Below are positions 48,274-57,430 of a DNA stretch of 64,000 nt, piece after piece. This DNA is from Patescibacteria group bacterium (GTDB taxonomy: Bacteria > Patescibacteriota > Patescibacteriia > Veblenbacterales > UBA10138): NCBI GenBank assembly GCA_041648575.1, contig JBAZOT010000001.1, positions 31,298 to 95,297 on the forward strand. Reading direction: 5' to 3'. Numbering within the stretch: position 1 is the stretch's first letter; each line of letters starts with the position of its first letter. The notes under the pieces were generated by a model that was not told the DNA's origin, ran no database searches, and worked only from the letters and a program-made list of their open reading frames with translations. A program made the position numbers and the translations under genes.

Positions 48274-49020
48274 ATGTCCAAGTTGCTACAAATAAAAAAA
48301 CTTTGCATTAGCGTTGGTAGTAACGCCATCATTGATATTTCAGATTTAGCTATAAATCTTGGTGAAATTCACGCGCTGATGGGACCAAATGGTTCTGGTA
48401 AGTCAACTTTGGCACAAGTGATAGCGGGAAATCCATCATATACTATCAAACAAGGAGCAATTTATTTTTTAGGTAAAAAAATAAATCAGTGGTCGCCTGA
48501 AGAAAGAGCGCGAGCGGGAATATTTTTAGCTTGGCAACATCCCCACAGTATCGCTGGTTTGGCAGTAAGGGATTTTTTACGCACTATTTATAATAATTTA
48601 TTGAGTGTTAAAAATAAAAAAATATTGTCAGTTACGGATTTTAATAAATTATTACTTGATCAAGCATCGAGTTTGGATTTGCCAGTAGAATTATTAGAGC
48701 GTCCGGTAAATGAAGATTTTTCAGGAGGAGAAAAAAAGAAATTAGAAATCTTACAACTGTTATTACTTAAACCAAAATTGGCAATTATAGATGAAATTGA
48801 TTCGGGTTTAGATATAGACGCATTAAAGGTTATTGCCAGAGTTATTGGCAAGCGGAAAAATATGGGTATTTTAGTCATTACTCATTATCAGAGAATTTTA
48901 AAATATTTAAAACCAGACTATGTACACGTTTCCATTAATGGAAAAATTGTAAAAAAAGGGAAAGCAGAATTGGCAAATCAGATAGAGCGGCTTGGTTATA
49001 AATTTTTAAATTTTAAATAA
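48274..49020 (+). CDS. sufC: Fe-S cluster assembly ATPase SufC
   Basis: Walker A GPNGSGKST, ABC signature FSGGEKKK, Walker B LAIIDEIDSGLD. Confidence 0.85.
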   Translation: MSKLLQIKKLCISVGSNAIIDISDLAINLGEIHALMGPNGSGKSTLAQVIAGNPSYTIKQGAIYFLGKKINQWSPEERARAGIFLAWQHPHSIAGLAVRDFLRTIYNNLLSVKNKKILSVTDFNKLLLDQASSLDLPVELLERPVNEDFSGGEKKKLEILQLLLLKPKLAIIDEIDSGLDIDALKVIARVIGKRKNMGILVITHYQRILKYLKPDYVHVSINGKIVKKGKAELANQIERLGYKFLNFK

Positions 49021-49024
49021 ACTA

Positions 49025-50422
49025 ATGAATCGTCATCAGTTGTCAACAACAAAATATGCTTATGGTTTTCATGATAATTTAAAGCCGGTCTATTCTATAC
49101 CTCGTGGCTTGTCAGCTGCTGTAGTTGCTGAATTATCCAGTATCAAATCAGAACCTCAGTGGCTCAAAAAAATACGTCATCATTCCTTGAAAATTTTTGA
49201 ACAAAAAAAATTGCCCAATTGGGGAGGTGATTTAAGTAAATTGGATTTTAGTAAAATTCAATATTATATTAAACCAACAGAGCGTCAAGTAAGCAGTTGG
49301 CAGCAAGTGCCTAAAGTCATAAAAAATACTTTCGATCGACTTGGTGTTCCGCAGGCCGAACGAAGATTTTTAGCCGGTGCTGGTGCACAATATGAATCCG
49401 AAATGATTTATCACCATTTGCAGGAGGCATGGCTTAAAAAAGGAGTTATTTTTTCTGATTTAGAAACAGCTATCAAGAAATATCCAGATTTAGTAAAAAA
49501 ATATTTTGGCAGTGTGGTACCAGCTGGTGATAATAAATTTGCCGCACTTAATTCAGCTGTTTGGTCTGGTGGTAGTTTTGTCTATGTGCCAAAAAATGTT
49601 CAGGTTACAATTCCCTTGCAAGCATATTTTCGGCTTAATTCTCAAAATATGGGACAATTTGAACGAACTTTAATTATTGCTGATGAGGGAAGTTTTGTTC
49701 ATTATATTGAGGGTTGTACAGCGCCAATTTATGCAGTTGATTCATTACACGCCGCAGTGGTAGAAGTGATTGCACATAAGTATTCACGCATTCGTTATAC
49801 CACCCTGCAGAATTGGTCAGCTAATGTTTATAATTTGGTAACCAAGCGTGCGGTAGCACACGAAGGTGCCATAATTGAATGGGTGGATGGAAATTTTGGC
49901 AGCAAATTAACTATGAAATATCCGGCTGTAATTTTAAAGGGTAGGGGTGCGCACGCTAATATTTTATCCATGGCTATAGCTAGGCGCAGCCAGCATCAAG
50001 ATGTCGGAGCTAAAGTTATTCATATGGCGCCCGATACCAGCTCGCAAATAGTTTCTAAATCAGTAAGTAGTGGGGGTGGTAGATGCAGTTATCGCGGATT
50101 GGTTAAAGTTAATAAAGGTGCCACTAAAGTAAAATCTAAGGTACAATGTGACGCTTTGTTATTGGATAAACATTCTCGATCAGACACTTATCCTAAAATG
50201 CAAGTTTATGAACACGATTGTCAAATAGAACATGAAACCACAGTTTCCAAAATAGGCGATGAGCAATTATTTTATTTAAAAAGCCGCGGTTTAAGTGAAA
50301 TAGAAGCTATATCTTTAATCGTCGGTGGATTTATTGAGCCAGTAGCCAAAGAATTGCCTATGGAATATGCTGTGGAATTAAATCGTTTAATTAATCTGGA
50401 AATGGAAAATTCAATTGCCTAA
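49025..50422 (+). CDS. sufB: Fe-S cluster assembly protein SufB
   Basis: 465 aa SufB/SufD-fold protein with conserved SufB C-terminal blocks; follows sufC. Confidence 0.8.
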   Translation: MNRHQLSTTKYAYGFHDNLKPVYSIPRGLSAAVVAELSSIKSEPQWLKKIRHHSLKIFEQKKLPNWGGDLSKLDFSKIQYYIKPTERQVSSWQQVPKVIKNTFDRLGVPQAERRFLAGAGAQYESEMIYHHLQEAWLKKGVIFSDLETAIKKYPDLVKKYFGSVVPAGDNKFAALNSAVWSGGSFVYVPKNVQVTIPLQAYFRLNSQNMGQFERTLIIADEGSFVHYIEGCTAPIYAVDSLHAAVVEVIAHKYSRIRYTTLQNWSANVYNLVTKRAVAHEGAIIEWVDGNFGSKLTMKYPAVILKGRGAHANILSMAIARRSQHQDVGAKVIHMAPDTSSQIVSKSVSSGGGRCSYRGLVKVNKGATKVKSKVQCDALLLDKHSRSDTYPKMQVYEHDCQIEHETTVSKIGDEQLFYLKSRGLSEIEAISLIVGGFIEPVAKELPMEYAVELNRLINLEMENSIA

Positions 50423-50424
50423 TT

Positions 50425-51195
50425 ATGCAAGCTAAATCTGGAAAATTTGAAATTTTACCAAACAGGCTGCGGCGAGGTGTATTTGATCTAAATTTTCCTC
50501 ACCAACTAAACAGCAATTGTCTAATACATCTTGATAAATCTATTAAGAAAGATTTACAATTAAATTTTTCATTAAACTCTGGCGCAACAGTTAGGTTAAT
50601 TATTTACGGCAATCCTGAAAATATTAACTGCAGTGTTAATATTAAACAAGCAGCAGGTAGCCAGCTTATTTTTTATTCCATAATTGCAGGGACAAAGAAA
50701 ATTATTAATAAATTAAACGTAGATTTAAACCAGCGGGCAGCTAGATTTGATGGTAAAATATTTTATTTTGGCACAGCTAATGATTTGCAGGAGCAAGTTA
50801 CCAAAGTTGAGCATCGGGCACCAGCCACTTTTGCTAGGGTTAGTCATAAGCGAGTGCAGATTGATAAGTCGCAAACAATAAATTATGGTATGATTAAAGT
50901 TGATAAAAAGGCGGATAAGACCGATACTCTTTTATCAGATAGAACATTACTTTTAGGGAAAAACAGTTCAGCCGAATTTGTGCCTTCATTGGAAATATTA
51001 ACAAGTAACGTTAAAGCATCGCACCAGGCCAGCTGCGGTCAAATATCAAATCAAGATATATTTTATTTACAGTCCCGCGGATTAAGCATATCCCAGGCAC
51101 AAAAACTAATTATTAGTGGATTTATTAAAGAAATTTTACCATCCAGCGGCAGAATAACTAATTGGTTAAGTAAAAAGACAAATAATTATGTTTAA
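50425..51195 (+). CDS. sufD: Fe-S cluster assembly protein SufD (short)
   Basis: SufB/D beta-helix family paralog (…QDIFYLQSRGLS…QKLIISGF) in the sufB-sufS interval. Confidence 0.6.
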   Translation: MQAKSGKFEILPNRLRRGVFDLNFPHQLNSNCLIHLDKSIKKDLQLNFSLNSGATVRLIIYGNPENINCSVNIKQAAGSQLIFYSIIAGTKKIINKLNVDLNQRAARFDGKIFYFGTANDLQEQVTKVEHRAPATFARVSHKRVQIDKSQTINYGMIKVDKKADKTDTLLSDRTLLLGKNSSAEFVPSLEILTSNVKASHQASCGQISNQDIFYLQSRGLSISQAQKLIISGFIKEILPSSGRITNWLSKKTNNYV

Positions 51196-52408
51196 TGTTA
51201 ATATCATTAGAAATCAGTTCCCATTTTTTAAACAGAAAAAAAATAATAAAAATTGGGCATTCTTAGATAATGCGGCGTCTTCGCAAAAACCTGAAATCGT
51301 GTTACGCGCGATGGATGAATTTTATCGAACCACCTATGCTAATATTCATCGCGGTATTTATGACATAGCAGAAGTAGCTACGACGAAATTTGAACAAGCG
51401 CGCGATATGGTAGCTAAATTTATTAATGCTCCGAGTTCCGATAATATTATTTTTACCAAGAACGCGACTGAAGCAATTAATTTGGTTGCTTATACTTTAG
51501 GTACAACATTCAAGCCTAATGAGGAAATATTGCTAAGTGAAATGGAGCATCATGCAAATTTAATACCTTGGCAGCAAGTGGCACGGCGCATGGGCGCTAA
51601 ATTACGTTTCATTCCTGTTACTCAAGATTATCGATTAGATTTAGCCAAGCTTGATGAACTTCTTAATAATAAAACTCGTTTAGTAAGTATTGTTGCCATG
51701 TCTAATACTTTGGGAACTATTAATGATATAAAATATATCATTGATAAGGCTCGAAAATTGGGTGCACTGGTCTTGGTTGACGGTGCGCAAGCGGTGGTTC
51801 ATAATCCGATAAATGTTCAGCAACTTGATTGTGACTTTTTAGTTTTTTCAAGTCACAAAATTTATGGTCCATCTGGTATTGGTGCGCTTTATGGAAAAAA
51901 AGAAATACTTGAATCATTGCCGCCATTTTTAACCGGCGGACACATGATTGCTGATGTGGGGTGGAATAATGCTACATGGAGTGAGGTGCCAGGAAAATTT
52001 GAAGCAGGTACGCCGCCTATTACTGAAGCTATTGGTTTTGCAGAGGCAATCAGGTTTATTCAAGAAATTGGTTGGACCGCGATTGAAAATTATGAACAAG
52101 AATTAACTAATTATGCTTTAGAACAATTAAAAATGATTAATGGTTTGCAATTATTTGGTCCGGCAGATAACCATGATCGTGGTGCATTATTTTCTTTTAC
52201 TTTAAACAAGTTTCATGCGCACGACATCGCAGGTGTATTAAATGAATTAGGTATAGCAGTTAGAGCGGGGCATCATTGTACCGCGCCGTTGCATAAAAAA
52301 TTTGGATTAATTGCCACCACCAGAGCCAGTTGTGCAATTTATAATACTAAAGAAGATATCGATAGGCTAGTTGATGGAATTAAACAAGTCCAAAAAATAC
52401 TAACGTAA
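51188..52408 (+). CDS. sufS: Cysteine desulfurase SufS (class V aminotransferase, group II)
   Basis: PLP-lysine SSHKIYGP and active-site loop RAGHHCTAP. Confidence 0.85.
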   Translation: MFNVNIIRNQFPFFKQKKNNKNWAFLDNAASSQKPEIVLRAMDEFYRTTYANIHRGIYDIAEVATTKFEQARDMVAKFINAPSSDNIIFTKNATEAINLVAYTLGTTFKPNEEILLSEMEHHANLIPWQQVARRMGAKLRFIPVTQDYRLDLAKLDELLNNKTRLVSIVAMSNTLGTINDIKYIIDKARKLGALVLVDGAQAVVHNPINVQQLDCDFLVFSSHKIYGPSGIGALYGKKEILESLPPFLTGGHMIADVGWNNATWSEVPGKFEAGTPPITEAIGFAEAIRFIQEIGWTAIENYEQELTNYALEQLKMINGLQLFGPADNHDRGALFSFTLNKFHAHDIAGVLNELGIAVRAGHHCTAPLHKKFGLIATTRASCAIYNTKEDIDRLVDGIKQVQKILT

Positions 52409-52453
52409 TTATTAATTTTTTCATCACGAATTTTAATCTTAAATTTTTTTATT

Positions 52454-52819
52454 GTGGATTTATATCAGGCTAATATTTTAGATCACTACAAACACCCTCG
52501 GCATAAAGGTAAGTTAAAAAATGCGACTGTGCTGGGTGAACACAATGTGCCGTCATGTGGTGATAGTTTGATTATAGAATTGCAAATAGACCGCGGCAAG
52601 ATTATTGATGCTGCCTTTAACGGTGAGGGTTGTGTTTTGTCGCAAGCATCTGCTTCAATTTTATTAGACGAAATAATTGGTAAAACAGTTACTCAAGTAT
52701 TAACGTGGGATAAAAAAAAGATTCTGGATTTGCTTAATATTGAAATTGGACCAAACCGCCAAAAATGCGCCACGTTATCTTTGGATGCCTTAAAACAAGC
52801 ACTAATTAGAAGTAATTAA
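52454..52819 (+). CDS. sufU: SufU/IscU-like zinc-dependent sulfurtransferase scaffold
   Basis: Three conserved Cys in NifU-N context (SCGDSL, GEGCVLSQAS, QKCATL). Confidence 0.75.
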   Translation: MDLYQANILDHYKHPRHKGKLKNATVLGEHNVPSCGDSLIIELQIDRGKIIDAAFNGEGCVLSQASASILLDEIIGKTVTQVLTWDKKKILDLLNIEIGPNRQKCATLSLDALKQALIRSN

Positions 52820-52847
52820 TTCTGTTGATACTAGTAATGCTAGATTT

Positions 52848-53294
52848 TTAAATAGATGAAGTTGGCGGCAAAAGTGCCGTCCTTTTTTTATTTATTATGC
52901 CAACGATTATAGCGAAGACAAATAAAATCGCGTGAAAAAAATTTTCCACCACTTCTAAATGAAAAATATCAAATAGATTTGGTAAAGTTAAGCCAGCTAG
53001 CAGCATTAACATAACAAAAGCAGTTACTACTTCCAGATAACGCTTAAGCCACAAAACATATTGGGAAAACCAACCCAAGCTTATTCCAATTAATCCTAAT
53101 ATAAAATAAACAGCGCTTTGCCAAATATCTAACTCAACCACATAAGGAATTTTTACTATAAAGATACCAAATAAACCAACCCCCATTAAGATAATCCCCG
53201 TAATTCTTGCAAAGTATTTTATCATACAATTATTGTATACTTTTTTTATATTTTTTGCGAGCGCCAGTCTTGTACAATACAAGACGAGCCCCAA
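52848..53294 (-). CDS. Hypothetical small polytopic membrane protein (likely true start MIKYF at ~53222)
   Basis: 4 TM; the listed ORF begins with TTG. Confidence 0.35.
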   Translation of the reverse strand: MGLVLYCTRLALAKNIKKVYNNCMIKYFARITGIILMGVGLFGIFIVKIPYVVELDIWQSAVYFILGLIGISLGWFSQYVLWLKRYLEVVTAFVMLMLLAGLTLPNLFDIFHLEVVENFFHAILFVFAIIVGIINKKRTALLPPTSSI

Positions 53295-53567
53295 ATAAGG
53301 ATTGCTTCCAACGTAAAATGAGTTTCAAAGAGGCTCTATTCCACGAAGGCGTGAGTTCGTCTATAATTGAAGTATATGACACTTAGTTCTCAACTTCGGA
53401 ATACCCCTTCGACCACACAAAAGATCCTTCTTCAAGGCTACCGAAACTAATCTTTTATAAGCAAAAACTTTTTCAGAACCAGTTTTTAAATATCTTTAAA
53501 AATTTTCTGTCTCCGCTTTTCAAAAATTTTCCACCGCGAACATTTTGGTCTTTCTGCCCAACATTCT

Positions 53568-53609
53568 CAGTATGAAAGAAAAAGGCACACCGTTGATGCA
53601 GTGTGCCTT
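53568..53609 (-). terminator. Minus-strand intrinsic terminator GGCACAC-N9-GTGTGCC followed by TTTTTCTTTC, after the beta-barrel gene
   Basis: Seen directly. Confidence 0.65.
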
Positions 53610-53629
53610 CATAATTACTACAGATACAA

Positions 53630-54463
53630 TTACAGATATACCTGAACGTACAAATTCGTGAGCTTAGAATGATATTGCCATCCCATTCCCACGAGTGTCT
53701 GAATGCCGTTTGGCCCCTGATAGACCTTAGTCCACCCGAGTTCCAGGTGGTCGAACGAGCGACTGTATTTGTTGTAGTTTGCCGTAACATAGGGGGCAAA
53801 CCATTTTGCGCGATATTCAACAAATCCGGTTGTGACCTTGTCATTCGCAACGAACCATTTCAGGGTCATTTCATCACATTCCACACCCGCTGCAATTCCT
53901 TTCCTCACTGTACTCGCAAATCCTCCGAGTTTGAGTGTGCCCAAAACAGTTTTCTGTTCGAGACACGCGTTCCATTCAATTTTTTTGTGGGGAGCTAAAT
54001 AGTAGCTTCCAACCTGGATAAATGGTCCATTAGCAAACTGCCGCGAGATTGCGAGTCCCGTTCCAACTCCGGGTATTGCCGCAATTGCTGGGGGTTCGAA
54101 GTGACCGCCCGACGTGAGTGGCATAGGCCGCATGATGAGCGTAATAGGACGAGGCATAAACCCTCCGGCGATTTTTATGGTTCCGAAATCCTTCGAAAGC
54201 ACGAACTTTCCGAAAACCGAATTACTGCTGGGAGAGAAGTCGTACCCTGCCCATGCACCCAGCTCAATGCTCTCAAATAGTGGGGCGGTAAAATCGCCAC
54301 CAACCCGAATACTTGCCTCGTGTGTGATCGTCAACTCGCTGTTGTAGCTACCGGTATAGAGGATGCCGGCGTATGTTTTCGTAACCTTAAGCGAGTCAAG
54401 TTGAGCAAAAGAAAAAGCGGTAAAAGCGAGAAGCAGCGTGAAAACAACAATAAGGTGTTTCAT
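53630..54463 (-). CDS. Outer-membrane beta-barrel-like protein (Sec signal peptide plus amphipathic beta-strand pattern), in a GC-rich (~50%) islet
   Basis: Start MKHLIVVFTLLLAFTAFSFA-QL (signal peptide, AXA-type cleavage), RBS AAAGAGGA. Body shows alternating hydrophobic/aromatic residues with frequent G/Y/F/W and a C-terminal …YVQVYL. GC markedly above the window average. The overlapping ORFs 53473-53850 and 53669-53998 are judged spurious. Confidence 0.5.
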   Translation of the reverse strand: MKHLIVVFTLLLAFTAFSFAQLDSLKVTKTYAGILYTGSYNSELTITHEASIRVGGDFTAPLFESIELGAWAGYDFSPSSNSVFGKFVLSKDFGTIKIAGGFMPRPITLIMRPMPLTSGGHFEPPAIAAIPGVGTGLAISRQFANGPFIQVGSYYLAPHKKIEWNACLEQKTVLGTLKLGGFASTVRKGIAAGVECDEMTLKWFVANDKVTTGFVEYRAKWFAPYVTANYNKYSRSFDHLELGWTKVYQGPNGIQTLVGMGWQYHSKLTNLYVQVYL

Positions 54464-54627
54464 AATATATCCTCTTTTTTTGTTAAGGAACTCTTGGGAT
54501 CTGCCCAAGTCAGTGCAAGTTTATCTTGCTAATAAATTACAATTTTCTATTTTTATTTAATAAATTAGTATAGACCTTAAGCTAATTTTTGTCAAGCGAA
54601 TGCTGTTAATGCTATACTTATTGTGCT

Positions 54628-55614
54628 ATGAACAAAGTTTGTGTTATTGGTGGCGCTACCTGGGATGTACTACTCACATCTAATGAAGCTAAATTTGTGA
54701 ATGTCAAAAGCGGTGGCCGTAAACAGCAAGCGTTAGCTTTTTTATATGGAGCAAAAATTGATACCATTGGCAGTGAATATTCTTTTGGTGGTGGAGCAGC
54801 CAATGTTTCAGTTGGTTTACGGCGATTGGGGATTCCAGTAGATATTGTTACACAGTTGGGAAACGATTGGCGCAGTAAAGATATAATTAATCATTTAAAA
54901 CAAGAGGGTGTTGGAATTAGCAATGTTATTTTTGATAAAAAAGCGTATTCAGCCATTTCTTTTATTATTACGTCAGGTGGCGCGCATGAACATGTAGCAT
55001 TTGTAGATCGGGGAGCAACTTTAAACTTTAATATTAATACTCAACTAGCAATTAAACCATTTCAATGGTTTTATATTACTTCTCTGGCTAATCCATCGTG
55101 GTTTAAATATATGGCCAGTTTTTTACGTCAGGCTAAGGTTAATCAAAAAAACGTTTTTTGGAATCCCGGCAGTTTACAACTTAAATCACCCAAACAATTA
55201 AGACCATTACTTAAATATTTAACTGTGTTGGATTTAAATAAAGATGAGGCTTTTAAATTGGTTTATGATTTTGGATTTCGGCCACATTCCATTGTTGAAG
55301 TAATGAGGATTATCCAGAAATTAGGCGTTAAAATTGTAATTGTAACTGCCGGTGCAAGCGGAGCGTATTGTTTGGCAGATGATAGAGTTGTTTTTTGCCC
55401 ATCCTTTCATGTAAAACCTAAAAATACTATTGGTGCAGGCGATGCTTTTGGATCTGGTTGGCTGGCAGGTTTTTTGAATTCACGTGGCGATATTAAACAA
55501 GCCATGCGGTGGGGTATGGCTAATAGCAATTCAGTAATTATGAAAGTGGGGGCACAAAAGGGATTATTACAAAAAACTAAATTATTAAATTTTGTTAAGC
55601 GCTATGGAAAATAA
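54628..55614 (+). CDS. PfkB-family carbohydrate kinase (ribokinase/fructokinase-like)
   Basis: N-terminal GG motif (FGGGAANVSVGLRRLG) and C-terminal anion-hole GAGDAFGSGWLAG. Confidence 0.8.
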   Translation: MNKVCVIGGATWDVLLTSNEAKFVNVKSGGRKQQALAFLYGAKIDTIGSEYSFGGGAANVSVGLRRLGIPVDIVTQLGNDWRSKDIINHLKQEGVGISNVIFDKKAYSAISFIITSGGAHEHVAFVDRGATLNFNINTQLAIKPFQWFYITSLANPSWFKYMASFLRQAKVNQKNVFWNPGSLQLKSPKQLRPLLKYLTVLDLNKDEAFKLVYDFGFRPHSIVEVMRIIQKLGVKIVIVTAGASGAYCLADDRVVFCPSFHVKPKNTIGAGDAFGSGWLAGFLNSRGDIKQAMRWGMANSNSVIMKVGAQKGLLQKTKLLNFVKRYGK

Positions 55615-56182
55615 ATTGGTACCAATTGAAATATCAGCACGGCATGTGCATTTATCTGACGTTGATCTAGAAAATTTATTTGGTAAAGATTATCAATTGC
55701 GGGTAGACAGAAAAATTTCTCAGCCTGGACAATTTGCTGCCAAAGAAAAGGTTTCTATTAAAACGAATAACGGAGAATTGTCAGTTAGAGTTATTGGTCC
55801 AACCCGTGATCAAACACAAGTTGAGCTTGCTGTAACTGATTGTATTAAATTAGGAATTAAGCCGGAAGTTCGCCTTTCTGGTGATTTAGTAAATACTCCC
55901 GGTTGTATTTTAGTAGGGCCCAAAAGCGAAGCGATATTAACACAAGGCGTGATGGTAGCCCAAAGACATTTGCATATTAACCCCGAGCAAGCTGAGCAGT
56001 ATAATTTAAAGAATGACGATGTTATTTGTATAAAAGTTGGCAGCAGCCGTAAAGTTATTTTTCATCAAGTAATCGTAAGGTGTCATTCGGGCGTAGATGA
56101 ACTTTCCTTTATGATAGATACAGACGAGGCCAACGCTGCTGGTTTAATAGGCGGAGAACAGGGTGAAATAATTATTAGATAG
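55592..56182 (+). CDS. pduL: Phosphate acyltransferase PduL (phosphotransacetylase, PduL type)
   Basis: Duplicated PduL motifs (ISARHVHLS… and AQRHLHIN…), DTDEANAAG near the C-terminus. Confidence 0.75.
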   Translation: MLSAMENKLVPIEISARHVHLSDVDLENLFGKDYQLRVDRKISQPGQFAAKEKVSIKTNNGELSVRVIGPTRDQTQVELAVTDCIKLGIKPEVRLSGDLVNTPGCILVGPKSEAILTQGVMVAQRHLHINPEQAEQYNLKNDDVICIKVGSSRKVIFHQVIVRCHSGVDELSFMIDTDEANAAGLIGGEQGEIIIR

Positions 56183-56188
56183 ATATTT

Positions 56189-57355
56189 ATGATTATTGAT
56201 CATAAAACACAATATATTCTAGTTTTAAATGCCGGAAGCGCTACTTTGAAATGGGCTTTGTATACGAGCAGTGATTTGCAAGAGTGCGGGCGCGGTGCAG
56301 TAGAACGCATTGGTTTAGCAAATTCTTTTAGTGAAAATAGGATTGCTGGCAAATTGATAGTGAATAAACAAAAAATCAGCAGTCACAACCAAGCACTAAC
56401 ACAGGTTTTAAAATTAATTGCTTGGCACCATATTCCATTGTCACGCATTATCAAAGTAGGGCATCGAGTAGTTCATGGTGGTGATAAATTTATTAAACCC
56501 ACTAAATTAAGCCAAAAAGTGATTCAGCAGTTGAGCGTCTATAACAATTTAGCGCCGCTGCATAATCCAATTGAATTAGAAACAATTAAGCAGTCGTTTA
56601 AATTTTTAGGTACGACTGAACACTGGGCAGTGTTTGATACAGCGTGGTTTGCTGATTTACCAGATTATGCCAAATATTATGCCTTGCCTTTGGATTTACA
56701 AAAAAAGAAAAATATCAGACGCTTTGGTTTTCATGGTATTTCTCACCAGTATGTTGCCACCAAAGCTGCCGGATTATTAAATAAAAATTTAGCAGAAGTG
56801 AACTTGATTACTTGTCACCTGGGAAGCGGTTCAAGCGTCACTGCGGTAAAAAATGGTAAAGTGGTTGATACGTCGTTTGGCTTTACTCCGCTAGAGGGTT
56901 TAATGATGACCACGCGACCCGGGGACGTTGATCCGGGTTTGATATTGTATTTATTTGAAGAATTAAAATTAAAACCAGCAGTAGTTAAAAAAATGTTGAA
57001 TGATGAGTCAGGTTTAATGGGAATAGCTGGTGTAAAAGATATGAGGGAAGTTTTAACTCGGGCTGGTTATGAGGTGTTAGGATATAAATCACGGAAAAAT
57101 TATAGCGTCCAAGAAAAAATTAATGCAAAATTAGCGCTAAAAATGTTTATTTATCGAGTACAAAAATATCTGGGCGCTTATGCTGCGATTTTGGGTAAAG
57201 TAGATGCCATTGTGTTTACTGGCGGTATTGGTGAGCGTAATGAAACTATCCGCACTTTCATTATGAAGGGACTACCAACGCTTAAACATATTCAGGAATT
57301 TGTTATTCCTGCTAACGAGGAGCTAGCGATTGCTAGGGAGATAGTTAAATTATAA
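56189..57355 (+). CDS. ackA: Acetate kinase
   Basis: ILVLNAGSATLKWALY N-terminus, HLGSGSSVTAV, ASKHP-family fold, 388 aa. Confidence 0.85.
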   Translation: MIIDHKTQYILVLNAGSATLKWALYTSSDLQECGRGAVERIGLANSFSENRIAGKLIVNKQKISSHNQALTQVLKLIAWHHIPLSRIIKVGHRVVHGGDKFIKPTKLSQKVIQQLSVYNNLAPLHNPIELETIKQSFKFLGTTEHWAVFDTAWFADLPDYAKYYALPLDLQKKKNIRRFGFHGISHQYVATKAAGLLNKNLAEVNLITCHLGSGSSVTAVKNGKVVDTSFGFTPLEGLMMTTRPGDVDPGLILYLFEELKLKPAVVKKMLNDESGLMGIAGVKDMREVLTRAGYEVLGYKSRKNYSVQEKINAKLALKMFIYRVQKYLGAYAAILGKVDAIVFTGGIGERNETIRTFIMKGLPTLKHIQEFVIPANEELAIAREIVKL

Positions 57356-57430
57356 ATAATTATTTATAGTAAGTCTACTTGAAACGGGGATGAGTTAGAG
57401 TTTAGTGTTAATGAAGTTGTTGTATAAAAT

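Noticed and set aside
53473-53998. ORFs 53473-53850 (minus) and 53669-53998 (plus) inside the GC-rich islet
   Set aside because: Both overlap the much longer, signal-peptide-bearing beta-barrel ORF on the minus strand, and have biased low-complexity translations typical of off-frame reads of a GC-rich gene.
54589-54619. Putative pfkB promoter TTGTCA-N19-TATACT
   Set aside because: The spacer is 19 nt and the -10 lies only 9 nt from the ATG; too weak to annotate as a feature.
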